From positions 19,220,001-19,284,000 of the forward strand of contig CM069165.1 in the NCBI GenBank assembly GCA_035221665.1: 64,000 nt of DNA, given 5' to 3'. The notes under the pieces were generated by a model, which worked only from the letters and a program-made list of their open reading frames with translations, ran no database searches and was not told the DNA's origin. A program made the translations under genes and the position numbers. This DNA comes from Okamejei kenojei (Eukaryota). Each line of letters opens with the position of its first letter. Positions within the stretch are counted from its first letter, which is position 1. Of this stretch, positions 25,843 through 38,130 are shown piece by piece.

Positions 25843-25889
25843 CTTACTATCCATCAGAGGAGATACACTGCAGTTTAGTTTATTAGCTC

Positions 25890-26030
25890 AGCTGGAGGAA
25901 GGCATTTCTGCAAATGATGCATCCTCTCAGTACTGCACAAAAGTATTAGCCTGGATTATGCTTCTGAGGTGGAGTGAATATATGACATTCTGCTCTGAGG
26001 GTTGATTTCCAACCCATTGAGGCAAGGTAA
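25890..26030 (-). mobile_element. DeuSINE/SacSINE1-like 5' region
   Basis: ctcagtactgcac...agcctggattatgc...ggagt...ttctg.tc.gagg...cccattgag. Confidence 0.5.
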
Positions 26031-26357
26031 TACTAATTGCAATAACCATGAGATGTGACATATTAGACCAAATTAATAGCCTGCATTGGTATCCTCACTT
26101 CTTGGTTCTTGTTAAAGAACCTTTTCTTCATTATTCAAGGTGTAATCTTAAGGCTTAGTTGTGAATTTAGGGCATCTTTCCAAACATTTTAATGTTTCGC
26201 TTTTTTTTTGTGAAGTTACAGACACTTGGTTTCAATAAAGGTGTGCTTGCTGAAATAAAATATAATCTTAAAATATTCTTAGTATCATGGATATGCTGAT
26301 CAGGTGTGGGACCCCTTTACTAAGTGTCTGACAAAATGCCTAAATTATTTTAATGTT

Positions 26358-26625
26358 TAAGAAGGAACTGCAGATGCTGGAAAATCGAAGGTAGACAAAA
26401 AAGCTGGAGAAACTCAGCGGGCGAGGAAGCATCTATGGAGCGAAGGAAATTATTCTAATTATTTTTTTTCGTTATAAGAGTCATTCATACTTGAAATAGA
26501 TTTCCAGTTTGAGAAGAGTTTACAGCCTGAAATATCTATCCATTTCCCTCTATAGATGCTGCTTATCCATTGAGTTACTTTTGTGTTCAATATTTCAGCA
26601 TCTGCAAAATCTTGAATCTCCAGAA
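26358..26625. mobile_element. two oppositely oriented Penelope-like terminal repeat fragments
   Basis: gaaggaactgcagatgctgg...gagaaactcagcggg (26358-26450) and gatgctgc...gagttact...cagcatctgca (26525-26610). Confidence 0.7.
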
Positions 26626-27640
26626 TGATTGACGGAGGTGAAATACTCTTAAAATCCACAATATAATGGACTTCACTCCTTTCTCATATATTTGTATATG
26701 TTCTGGTTTCCTCCCACAACCCAGTAATGTACTGGCTGGCCACTCTAAGAAGCTCCCAGTGCAAGTGAGTGGAAGGACAATCAGGGTGGAGCATTGGGTT
26801 GAATAGCTGTATCCATGTCGCATGGGAGGTATGAAAAATAAATCCATTAATGTTATCTTGCAGTGTTACCTGCCACAAAATCTCATAATGTGAATTGATG
26901 CAAAGTTCTACTTGATGGAAGTGTCGATGAAGTGCTTTGGGATATATTGTGTTAAAAGTTGTTAAAATAAATGTGTGAGAGGTTGGAGAAGCTTGTGAGT
27001 TCTTTCTGAATGGGTAAACTAGGATGGAACAAATGGCTTCCTCCATTCTTAATATTCTCAGATATTATGGCCTATATTCATCCTTGCTCTTTATTCACCC
27101 CAATGCCTCCAATTATTTTCATGATATATCAAACTCAGGTGAAGGTCCACAGTATAATTGGCCTCCATTATTATGCTCTATACTTCATAATGAAGTAATC
27201 AAATGAAACACCTAGGCCTAAAATATCTTAATTTTGATTAATTTGAAATGCCTTGAGATATTTTAAAGATATGTTAAAGATTTTCCAGGTCGTTGCAGTT
27301 GATATGTGTAAGTCCCAAACCTGCCCTTTGCAGCTCTGTAGAGTTTGTGAAACATTCCATAATCTGTTAAAGTTAAAACTGCTCACATCTTTGCACTACA
27401 TGCCAACAGTAATAAGCACACAGCCAAAACAAACTCAAATGTAAAACAAATGTAGCTATAGCCATGCTCTAAAAAGCACATTTTGTCACATTATAGATGA
27501 GGGAGGGCCTGAAAATCAATTTCATCACTTTGGACTGTGCCAGATTCACACAGTGAACTAAGCATATTGTTAAGTTTTATCGGGTTTAAAAATCTAAACC
27601 TTCCTGTGGTTTTCCAGGGGATAACATGGGGAAAAGGTTT

Positions 27641-28293
27641 GAGCAGGCAGTGAAGAAAGCTAATAGCCTGTTGGCCTTTATTGCGAGAGGATTTGAGTTT
27701 AGGAGCAAGGAGGTCCTACTGCAGTTGTACAGGGCCCTAGTAAGACCATACCTGGAGTATTGTGTGCAATTTTGGTCTCCTAATTTGATGAAGGACATCA
27801 TTGCTATTGAGGGAACGCAGCGTAGGTTCACCAGGTTAATTTCCGGGATGGCGGGGCTGACATATGATGAAAGAATGGGTCGACTGGGCTTGTATTCACT
27901 GGAATTTAGGATAAGAGAGGATCTTATAGAAACATATAACATTCTTAAAGGATTGGATAGACTAGATGCATGAAAAATGTTCCCGATGCCGGGGAGTCCA
28001 GAACCAGGGGTCACTGTTTAAGAATAAGGGGTAGGCCATTTAGGACAGAGATGAGGAAAAATGTCGTCATCCAGAGAGTTGTGAATCTGTGGAATTCTCT
28101 GCCACAGAAGGCAGTGGAGGACAATTCACTGGATGTTTTCAAGAGAGTTAGATTTAGCTCTTACGGCTAAAGGAATTAAGAGATGTGGGGAAAAGTAGGA
28201 ACGGGGTACTAATTTAAGACATGATCATATTGAAAGGCGGTGCTGGCTCGAAGGGCCGAATGGCCTACTCCTGCACCTAATTCCTATGTTTCT
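27641..28293 (+). mobile_element. CR1 LINE, 5'-truncated, with 3' tail
   Basis: QAVKKANSLLAFIARG...LVRPYLEYCVQFWSP...QRVVNLWNSLPQ and gaagggccgaatggcctactcctgcac tail. Confidence 0.95.
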
Positions 28294-28412
28294 AAGGTGC
28301 AGCTATGGGTACTTGCATGGGCCCCAGCTATGCCTGCCACTTTGTAGGGTGCATCAAACAATCCTTGTTCCAGGTATACTCTGGCCCTGTCCTCGAACTC
28401 CATCTTCGCTCT
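28294..28412 (+). mobile_element. Penelope-like reverse transcriptase fragment
   Basis: GAAMGTCMGPSYACHFVG..KQSLFQ.YSGP..ELHLR is the PLE RT segment just before the YIDD motif. Confidence 0.8.
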
Positions 28413-30625
28413 CCAACTCATGAAAACAAGGTTGGGTACAAAGCTTATCTATTCCCCATGTGTGTTGGTGTTCACGGTTTCCTAGTTATAGATGCCAGGA
28501 AGTCCCAAGCAATGTGCTAAATAAACTTTGTTCATATTATAAAACTCAACCAATATTTGCTACCCAACCAAAACATAAATAGTTAAAAATCTACCTTGAA
28601 AGACAACGCAAAATGGCTTGTTAGCTTTTTTTTAAGCATCTCTTGAAATGAGTGCCCACCATTTGAGCAATGGGGGAACTAGTGCTATTTAAATCTCTCC
28701 ACACAGATGACTGAGTGTATCTTCGAAGCATCCAAGTCCCAGAAATTTTTAATACATTCACATAACAGTGATGTTACTGGCACGGTAAACATTGTCCATC
28801 GTCAATCCCTACAACGTAAATCTGCCTTCCAGTGAACACATTTCAGATTACAGTTTTGCCTTTGACTAAAGGGCAATATTATTCTTCATCAGGTAGTTCA
28901 TTTTATTGGTCATGTTCTGTAAAATAATGCATGATAGCATACGTTAACAGCGGGGGCAACATGAACAATGCCTTGTTTGTTTCTATCCTTTTGAGGTACG
29001 GGTCCAGTCACTGAGAAATGAGTGCAGTTATGGACTTACTTAAAGAAGAAAAACAAAGCAGAGTAAGTGCTGCTAATTACAGGAAGCGCTGCTGTGAGCA
29101 CTTCCTTGGGCTGAGAAAGTGACCCAAAACAAGAAAGACTTAGGGACCTTTCAAAGTCATCTTTCTAAATAAAAGTGCAATTAGCACAAAGTCTTTCGGT
29201 CCATTGCAAGAATGGCTGGAACAATGTTTGTCCACACACTGGGGTTTAATAGTGGCAGCCTAACCTTGGATGCTTAGTTGATTCCCCTTGGAATTTCCCC
29301 ATTTAAAGAGCTGGAGAAATAACAATCGCTAATAACAGTTAACAGTCTTTCAGCCCACACACAGTTGGAACTGATGTCCTTGTTAAGTAAGAAGAGAGTT
29401 AGAGTGGGTTTGCTTATTGTTGCTAAATAGCAACACTGTGATAAATGTACTATTCCTAGCCCCTTTAATTGTGTTTAAAAAATATTAAAATGCAGTCCAG
29501 AAGCATGACAATTAGGTAAGCCAAAGCATTTCCACATCAGTGAGTCAAAACCTTAAAGAGGCTGTTTGTTGTTAGGAACTACCCACAATGTGACTACTAT
29601 AGACTTTTCTGTAATATGTGCTCAGAATTATAATTAAAATATAATTATTTTGCATTTTTGAGCTTGTAGATAAATCCTTTATATCATTTTCTGGTTCTTT
29701 TAATTTTAGAATGAATCCTAAACTTAGAAAAGCTTGGCAACATAAAGAAAGTCAGGGATATCAACATCAATGTTGTAAACATCAAGCTAGAAAATGCTCC
29801 CGATGAATGAGTCTGTAATGTTGGTTTAGGTACTGATGGATTTATATGGTTTTGTATGTGGAAAGATACCAAACAGCCCATTTAACTAACCATTGCTTCA
29901 AAAGCCAAGCGTTCCAATGCAACAGAGCTAGCACATTTTAAAATAAATCACATAGAACTCCAAGGCAGCACAGCAATAAATCTCATGAATGCAACAAAAG
30001 CTTCATCCAACAAAGAACTTAACCTACGTTACTAAGGTCTACGTTACATTCACCTTAAAATGTAAAGTATATGCACTGTAATTCACAGTACTGGCTGAAA
30101 TGCTCCATGCTCCATGCAAAATGGAGCCAAAGTAATGTGCAAAATGCTCTCAAGAAATGTGCAGTTAAGTATGGCACTGTCAAATAAATGGTTTAAGGCT
30201 GCATTATCCTGGGGTCTGAAGCTGAAACAGAATTAAATGACCTGTGCAATGTCACTTTAACTAAAGGCTTTTATCTCCATAAACCAGATGTTGTTCTGAC
30301 CTTTTTAGAAATGTTTACGCAGTGGCTCCCTTGAGAGAAAAAGACACTTCCAAAAATGGTGCCTTGTTCTTGTTGCAGAGGTTACACACAGGCACAAATG
30401 TGCACTAGTTAAAAGGTAAAGTAGTTCAATTCAATTCGATTTCAGTCGGAAAGGTGGAGGGTGGAAGAGGAAGGTAAGGGGAAGGATATTGCAGCTTAAA
30501 ATTATTTTTCTTTGACACTTCATTTACAAACAGTTGAAGTGATGGTTCATTGTGCCTTCAGTGCAAGATAAGCATCAGGTCTATGTAACCACACGGCTAA
30601 AATTAGATGCAATAAGTAAACTTAC

Positions 30626-30661
30626 CCTTCTCCCTGGTAGGCCCATGGATCCTTTGTTTCC
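30626..30661 (-). CDS. COL13A1: collagen exon, 36 nt, GNKGSMGLPGRR
   Basis: attattag|GGAAAC...AGAAGG|gtaagt; similar to COL13A1 GDKGAIGMPGRV. Confidence 0.9.
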
Positions 30662-31332
30662 CTAATAATCAATGTACAGTCAGAACTGCAAAGAAAGAGT
30701 TTTTTTTTGCAATTTCACCCAAAAAGCTGCTCAGCCGCACACGAGAACATCCAGCAAAGACGTGTGCCCCGAAATCACAGAGCAAGCGTTTCAGAATGTA
30801 ATGAATGCTTGATCACAAAAGCATGAAGGTTTCCCATTAGATGCCACTATTGAGAGCTTCACACACCAAACTACCAGACTGCTAGGCCAGGAGTTAAACC
30901 TTAGGAAAAGAGCCCTTAATCACAAGAGAAAGCTGGCAATATGACGACAATGTGCTAACACCACACCATCAGTTAAAAAAGTCACCATCTATAGATGTAG
31001 CGATAGCCAAGATCATATTTTTTTGGGGAGCAGTGTTTGCAAAACAGTTAAGTAGCTTGATGAAGATGATGTGGATTTTTAATTTCTGGGATACCAATCA
31101 TTTCTGAAATGAAATTATTCATCCCAAATTAAGTTTATTTTTTCTGTTACATTAAGGAGAAAATAGAGTACATGATTTCATGATTAGGTTTCAGTGGGAG
31201 TGGATAGAAGTTAGCAAAAGGCAAGCGTCTGTGTGTAGCAGGAGATAGACACAGACTGTTAAAACAAAGCAGATAAGTGCAAACACAGAGTTAGGATTAG
31301 ACAGGAGAGGGGTGCAGTTTAAGGCTATTTAC

Positions 31333-31359
31333 CGGAAAGCCTGATCTTCCTGGAGATCC
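31333..31359 (-). CDS. COL13A1: collagen exon, 27 nt, GSPGRSGFP
   Basis: tttgtccttttcag|GGATCT...TTTCCG|gtaaat; three Gly-X-Y triplets. Confidence 0.9.
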
Positions 31360-31707
31360 CTGAAAAGGACAAAAATCAGGAGAGAAGGGAGAGAAATGAA
31401 CATATTATATACATAGCACAACAAGCCAGAGGGATAAAGCTAACCTGATTAATTTTAACTTTTATAAAGTACGAAATTTAAAAGTGCATTGGTTCAAAAG
31501 CTAGAGATCTATTCACTGGTTTGAAAGAATAACAACCAATGTAAATTCTGCAAGGACCAAGGAAATAGTTATGACAACACTGCAAAGATTTAGCAGAAAT
31601 TGGTTAATATCTAAGGTCTAGTTCACCATAGAGAAGATAAGAGACAGACACTTATTTTTTTGACCCAACCTGTTCTCTTGGGCACTACTAGCATTTCGTG
31701 TACTTAC

Positions 31708-31715
31708 AGCAGGCC
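31708..31715 (-). CDS. COL13A1: 8-nt microexon GGCCTGCT, completes Gly-Pro-Ala, phase 1 to 0
   Basis: Long pyrimidine tract ctgctttttcccttcttttcttgtgttcacag, 8 nt, then perfect donor gtaagt. Needed to join the phase-1 45-nt exon to the phase-0 27-nt exon. An 8-nt exon is known at this position in mammalian COL13A1. Confidence 0.85.
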
Positions 31716-31837
31716 CTGTGAACACAAGAAAAGAAGGGAAAAAGCAGATTATTTTTCAGTGGCATTCACTGCAGAATTAATATAAGTTTCATCAGTGACA
31801 ATTCTCTGGACTAGTGACAAACTACAGAAACTGCATT

Positions 31838-32253
31838 ACCATATAACCATATAACAATTACAGCACGGAGACAGGCCCTCTCGGCCCTTCCAGTCCGTGC
31901 CGACCATTTGTTTTCCCCTAGTCCCATCTACCTGCACTCAGACCATACCCCTCCATTCCCTTCACGTCCATATACCTATCCACTTTACTTTTAAATGTTA
32001 AAATCGATCCTGCCTCCACCACCTCTGCTGGAAGCTCATTCCACACAGCCACCACCCTCTGAGTAAAGAAGTTCCCCCTCACGTTACCCCTAAACTTCTG
32101 TCCCTTAATTCTCATGTCATGCCCTCTTGTTTGAATCTTCCCTACCCTCAATGGGAAAAGCTTATCCACGTCAACTCTGTCTATCCCTTTCATCATTTTA
32201 AAGACCTCAATCAAGTCCCCCCTTAACCTTCTGCGCTCCAAAGAATAAAGACC
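31838..32253 (-). mobile_element. young CR1 3' end
   Basis: Uninterrupted GLYSLERRRLRGDLIEVFK...FFTQRVVAVWNELP...GRWD* and (accatata)n tail. Confidence 0.95.
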
Positions 32254-33149
32254 CAATTACATTTTAGATGCATATTGGTGCAAAGGAAAGAGTTCTCTAT
32301 GTAGAAGTAAAATTAGATGACATAGTTTGTGTCTGTTTCTTTACACAGCCAGAAAATATAATTACATTTTCGGTTTGTTTTAAAGTGTTTGCCTCCATCT
32401 CCCACCAATTAGGAATACTGAGCCAAACGACACCTGTCACAATTCAACTGAACACAATGTTATTTCCTTGAAATCAATGTGTACACTGCCCATTCATTAC
32501 TTACCACAGTAAAGTGAGTCAAAAATTGTGAATTACGACATGACTAACTAACTGACAGTTCAACAAGTATATCAACCTTAAAGTACTGAACTCTATGCAA
32601 CTTAGAGTGCCCTCAATAATATTATCTTTATGCGTTAAAATGTATCCTGCAATTTCTATTTATATAAACTGTTATTGCTACAGTCCTCGGTAACGATTGT
32701 GGTTCCTGGGAATTGCAAACTGCTGCCATTAAACAGCTGGGTTCCTTGCCCAGAGATGTTGGGATCTTCCCCGGATATCCATGTGCCATTATCCTCCCTG
32801 CAATTCCAGCATCCCATTCCTTTTCTTTGCAAGTAATATCCAACCCTGTTCTTCCACTCTCTGTTTTACCTCCCTGCATCAGCACCGACCCACATCTGGG
32901 CAAATGGGATGATGGTAGAAGGGCAAAACAGTCGGCATGGATGTGATGGGCCGAAGGGCCCATATCTGTGGTGTACAACTCCACAGGCTCATTTCCAAGG
33001 GACACGGCAAAAGTGCCACTGTTGCCGTCTGTCCATCAGGTGGCAGTGTCTGTGAAACACACACTTGGAGTATAATGTGGGACACAAGGACTGGTCTGTA
33101 AAAAAAAAGGCACAAAGTGCTGAAGTGGAACCCATGCTTGTAGGTTGGT

Positions 33150-33750
33150 TACTTAAAGTTGGAGAATTCAATGGTTATTCCCTTAGGTTGTAAGCTGCCC
33201 AAGCAAAATGTGAGGTGCTCCAGTTTGTGTGGCCTCTCTCTGGCAATGAAAAAGGCCCTGGACAGAAAGGTCGGTATGGGGATGGGAAGTTAAAGTGGCT
33301 AACAACCAGGATATCCAGCAAGACTTGGCAAACCGAGCGCAAATCTTTGGTGAAACAGTCGTCCGGTCTACGCTTGGTCGCACCACTGTAAAGGAGGCTA
33401 CATCCAGAACACTGAATGCAGTAGATGAGGTTAGAGGACATGTGCACATTTCTCCCACCCATCCCCTTCCACATATTTCATCCTCTGGCTTCACAATTCG
33501 CAGCTCTGGGTCCTATTTTTGTATTTTCATCTCTGGCCTTTGTCCAACCATCTGCCAATCAATCCCTCCACCTGTATCCACCTCTCCCTTGTCAGGGTGT
33601 TTCCTGCCCCCACCCCACTGCAACCTTTCATCCCAGATTTCACCCACCACAATCAGACTAAAGAAAGGTCTCGACCCAAAATGTCACCTATCCATGTTCT
33701 CCAGAAATGCTGCTTGACCTACCGAGTTACTCCAGCACTTTGTATCATAT
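33150..33750. mobile_element. Penelope-like element: GIY-YIG endonuclease fragment (-) fused to an inverted terminal repeat (+)
   Basis: Minus 33155-33445 SSNLIYCIQCSGCSLLYSGATKRR (IY...YxG motif with CxxC); plus 33455-33745 terminal repeat with decayed hammerhead core. Confidence 0.85.
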
Positions 33751-34299
33751 TTGAGTTACAAAGATTCAAGAAGGTTGTAATGCTCCTTATTGGAGGTAAA
33801 GGACAATGAAAATGCCTTGAAAGCAATGACGACCCAAATTGCAACACCAAATATGAGAGAGATGATATTAAGAGGGACAGAGACAAGGATCTGGATGTTT
33901 TGGATGAAATTGGTCCCAATCTAGGGGAATGACATGCACCCTTCTCACAAGGTTCTGTGAAAGCTCCATTGGATACCCATTCCACTGTTGGCACTTGATA
34001 CATCCACCCTTCTCACCAGGTAAGCAGTGTCATTAAATCAAAAAATGCCCATTATGAGGATAGTTTTGGGTTGCAGAGATCCAAGCATATGGCTCAAAAC
34101 CAATTTCTTTCAGGATCTTATATAATAAAAGCAAAGCAACTATGCAAAAAATGTCGGCACTATAGTAAAAAAAAAATCCCAATGACCTCTGAACCTGCAA
34201 CTGCTATAAAATATGTGTGTTTTGTGGAAAATTACTTGTAGGGGGATCATGGACAACAATATAATTTGGACTACTAGCACCAATTTTCTTTAAATCTCT

Positions 34300-34561
34300 A
34301 GGAAGGAACTGCAGTTGCTGGTTTAAACCAAAGAGAGACACAAAAAGTTGGAGTAACTCAGCGGGACAGGCAGCATCTCTGGAGAGAAGGAATGGGTGTT
34401 GTGTATTGGATCGAGACACTTCTTCAAGGATCTTTAACTTTTGAACCAATGCACTTTTAAATTTCTTCAAGAAGGGTCTCAACCCGAAACGTCACCCATT
34501 CCTTCTCTCCAGAGATGTTGCCTGTCCCGCTGATTTACTCCAGCTTTTTGTTTATATCTTC
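34300..34561. mobile_element. palindromic Penelope-like remnant with 13-bp TSD
   Basis: TSD tctttaaatctct at 34287-34299 and 34562-34574; inverted arms with a ~40-bp unrelated spacer. Confidence 0.85.
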
Positions 34562-35579
34562 TCTTTAAATCTCTTATAGTCATAGATCTTCCTATAAATG
34601 ACATACTACATCTGTTTTGATAAAAAATAAATAATTTTATAACTCACAACTGTCTCTGCCATCACTAAATCATTATTTTACTTTGGAAGATAAAAGTGCC
34701 TTGAGATGTCCTTTCCTGAAATTTATACTTCCCAATCTTAGTGCAGTGATCGCGATTAGAATTGGAAGAAATGTACAGAGAGGCAGCTGTCTGTCGCTGA
34801 ATGTACAGCAGAGAAATGATCATTCCAGTGCAAGTGGATATTTATTTTTAAGTAAAAGTCATCAATGTAATAAATGGAGTAGAGAAACATTCCCACAGTG
34901 AGTATTCTTGTGTGGTGTCCATTATCCAAAGTGAACCTTGCAGTCCCGGAACTTGGCTGCCTTTGGAAGGGAGTTGATTTCTACATCTTTTGCCCAGAAT
35001 TTCACTGAACTGGGCCAGATTGGGAACAGGTTGGAAACATGGCTTCCCAAGCTTTGCTATCAAGCCCTATTTTCCCCAAGTGAAATACATTTGTAAAGAA
35101 CATAAAGGGAGGAAGGCAAGCATGAACAAAATGGATGACAGTGCCAATATTTTGTGAAGGAATGAATAGTGATATTTATTCTTTGAGATTTAAAAAAATA
35201 TATTCTTGTGTTATTCATTATTGCATGAAATATAATCGTACAAAGTTATACTACAATGTATTGAAGCATTTTAATGCATTTGCCATCATTTACTAGTTAT
35301 ATTAAAAAAGCACAGAAAAGGCTGGACCACTGCTGCACTCACCGCAAAAAGGTCACAGAGTTTACTTATTGATATGTATCCGAAGGGCTAACTTTGGAAA
35401 TAGAATAATGGTGCGTCCCCCAAAGCAACAGATAAAGCTTGTGCCTTTACAGTTCTGAAATACGGATTCACAATCTTATTATAGATAGACCATAGAAAGA
35501 AACTTGTGGAGGATGTTTGCTAGAATCTGATGTTTGATCAGGTTGGTACAGTTGGGCACCACTAGGAGTGACTTGTGAC

Positions 35580-35675
35580 TATAGACACAAAGTCCTGGAG
35601 TAACTCAGTGGGTCAGGCAGCAACTTTGGAGAAAAAGGATGGGTGACGTTTCAGGTCGGACCCCTTCTTCAGACA
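35580..35675 (-). mobile_element. Penelope-like terminal repeat with intact hammerhead core
   Basis: Minus strand CTGAAGAAGGGGTCCGACCTGAAACGTC at 35645-35672. Confidence 0.8.
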
Positions 35676-36481
35676 AGCTAGTTTGCTCAAGGAGATGATA
35701 GTTTAAAAAAAAACTTGAACATCTAAGGTTTCAGATTTCTAGAATGGCAGATCAGGCTGACCAGATTGCGCAGAATTTGCACAATTTTACAGCAAATGAA
35801 TCAGACTTTGGTAGTTTTACGGCATACAACAGGTAACAGATCTATGGAAGCAATCTAATATTAACCTCCAAATTAGAGGAAATAACGACTGGAATAAATG
35901 ATACACAAATGAACATATTTGAATTACAACTTTTTTTCTTTTACAATCTTTCTTTACCAATGTTTATTTTATATTCAAAAAATATATTTTCTAAAGTATG
36001 CACATTGGAAAGTTGAGACTACAATTAATAATGCTCCAATATTCATCCACTCTCATTACCTCCTTGATTTAAAGCTTGATTACATATTAAATATTCCTTT
36101 ATTACTCTATAATACATGTTCCTTAATGGATCAGGTGTGTGAATAATATATCACAAACCAGCATCTTTTAGGGTGTAGCTGCAGATACACAGGAATAAAT
36201 GTATTTGTTGCTTCCTCACACTAAATGGCCAGTACACCATTGCTACATGTTGTATTCCCCATTACACTGTTCTGTTAATTTCATTGGAAGCAATGTTTAG
36301 GAGAAGACTGTGCATTCTCCAGTACCAGGCTAGCAACACAAGAGTATGGTCTACTTGTGAGGACTGGTAAAAAATTAAATGTTAATAATCAAGAAGCCAA
36401 TTCCATTCCTGAAGTTTCTATAACACAGGGAATTATGTAGTTCATTATGGGGGAACATCTCGGAACTACTGTGGCACGTAC

Positions 36482-36526
36482 CTGGAATACCTCTGCGACC
36501 ATGTCTTCCTTTTTCTCCTGGTGGCC
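36482..36526 (-). CDS. COL13A1: MACIT collagen exon, 45 nt, phase 1/1, (G)PPGEKGRHGRRGIP(G)
   Basis: ttctctctag|GGCCACCA...ATTCCAG|gtacgt. Gly-X-Y frame. Resembles the basic first COL1 exon of COL23A1 (GPPGRRGKPGRRGDP) and COL25A1 (GPPGKRGKRGRRGES). Paralog label tentative. Confidence 0.85.
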
Positions 36527-37822
36527 CTAGAGAGAAACCAGGAAAAATTAGTATAGTTGTCAACAAATGGGGACCATGTATCTGAGTAGACCAGTGGCAC
36601 AACCGACTTAAAATGACTGTAAAATTAGAAAGCGGAGTCAAAATGTAAACACTTGAGTTTTGATTGGGAATCTAGCAGCTTCTTGTTCATCATTTGGCAT
36701 GGAGAGTTACACTTTAATAGAGATGTTTCTGAGAAGCTTAAATGTAAATATACAAGTTCTGCAGCTTGCATTACTGAGAGTACTGGCTGTCTTTCACATT
36801 TTTACATATAATTAATTATTGTTCCTGATAACCTTCTGCCATCCCTGGATTATTGATTAACTGGCCCAATATCAAGATGCTGACCTAATCTCAGATGGAT
36901 AATATTTCACAATTTATGCTCTAATAAATCATTGAAGCAGGACCAAGGAGTCAACATTCCTAAACGTTCTTCAATCATGAAAACACTCATCCATTTATGT
37001 TGCATGTAAAATGTTATATCCCCAAGCACGAAAGACAGTAACAAGGGGAATATCCACAGCATTTCACATGAAAGCAACATTTAAAACATGAAACAGAGCA
37101 CTCTAAATATTTTAATGTATATAGTATATACTTAAGTACACAGACTGTCCTCCAAAATAAACTGAACCCACACTAGAAATTGTTATAAAAACCCTTGAAT
37201 ACAACGCATACTATTTCAGATCCAGAATCTCTAATCATGGATTACATAATGGTGCATAAAACTTCAGCATGACTAATTTTAAGGTGCTAAATAGATCCCT
37301 GTCTTGCAAAATAGAATCTTTATTTGCTCTACACATATCCACTATTCCTAAGTAAAGTAAATCACCCGATCAAAGATGAAGTGGTGGTGTTAATGAAAGC
37401 TTCCTTTAAGCCAAATGTGAGCAATTTTAATGTGGTCATTTGTTGTGATGGCCCAAGTATAAATTACGTGTTCAATGAACCGCATCTTGGCTACATAATG
37501 AACAGTTCAGTCACAGTTTTCAGGGTGTGTAACAGTTCACTCAGTCCGAACATAGAGTTGGAATGTAACAATTGATATATTGATTTATCCTATTTCTAAT
37601 GAAGGTGATTTCAGACAACTAAAGTGGAAGCTGGAAATATTTTCACAACGCTCCTAGATATTCCATCATCATTAAATGAATCTGTCAAACTGAAAATATC
37701 GTGATTGAGAGAAATAGAAACTAAACCAACTTCACCATTAAGGACCAAAACTGGTACGAGCCTGTCAACACAAGGAATTGTAGTTGCTGGTTTACAAAAA
37801 ACGATAAGAAGTGCTGGAGTAA

Positions 37823-38130
37823 AGCCCCTGTCCCACTTTCCCGAATTCCTCAAGAATTCTCCCGAGTTTTCCCCTTGATTCAAACTCGGAGATGCCAGCC
37901 GTAGGTACTTGGGGTTAATTTTTAACTCATGGACATATTTCAAAATGCTGAAAAAAAGTCCCGACTTACCTGATGCCCCATATACCTACGGCTGGCACTA
38001 CGAGCTGCTACTAAATATCTACGGACTCGCTACAGACTCCTACAGACTCGCTACGGACATTCTCTGAGTTTGAATCAAGGGGAAAACCCGGGAGAATTTG
38101 TGAGTAACTCGGGAAAGTGGGACAGGGGCT
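37823..38130. mobile_element. PIF/Harbinger-type MITE, 308 bp, nested in a Penelope-like repeat
   Basis: ~70-bp TIRs starting agcccctgtcccactttccc; perfect TAA TSD (37820-37822, 38131-38133); internal ctac(g/a)gactc(g/c) repeats; host reads gtgctggagtaa|ctcag. Confidence 0.92.

Noticed and set aside
28570-28620. Possible recursive splice site ttgtctttcaag|gtagat on the minus strand
   Set aside because: Weak donor, AAG acceptor and only a 6-kb intron; expected by chance.
32495-32560. Strong minus-strand donor (gtaagt) near 32500
   Set aside because: Upstream sequence has no Gly-X-Y frame or good acceptor, and the frame is already closed by the 8-nt exon.
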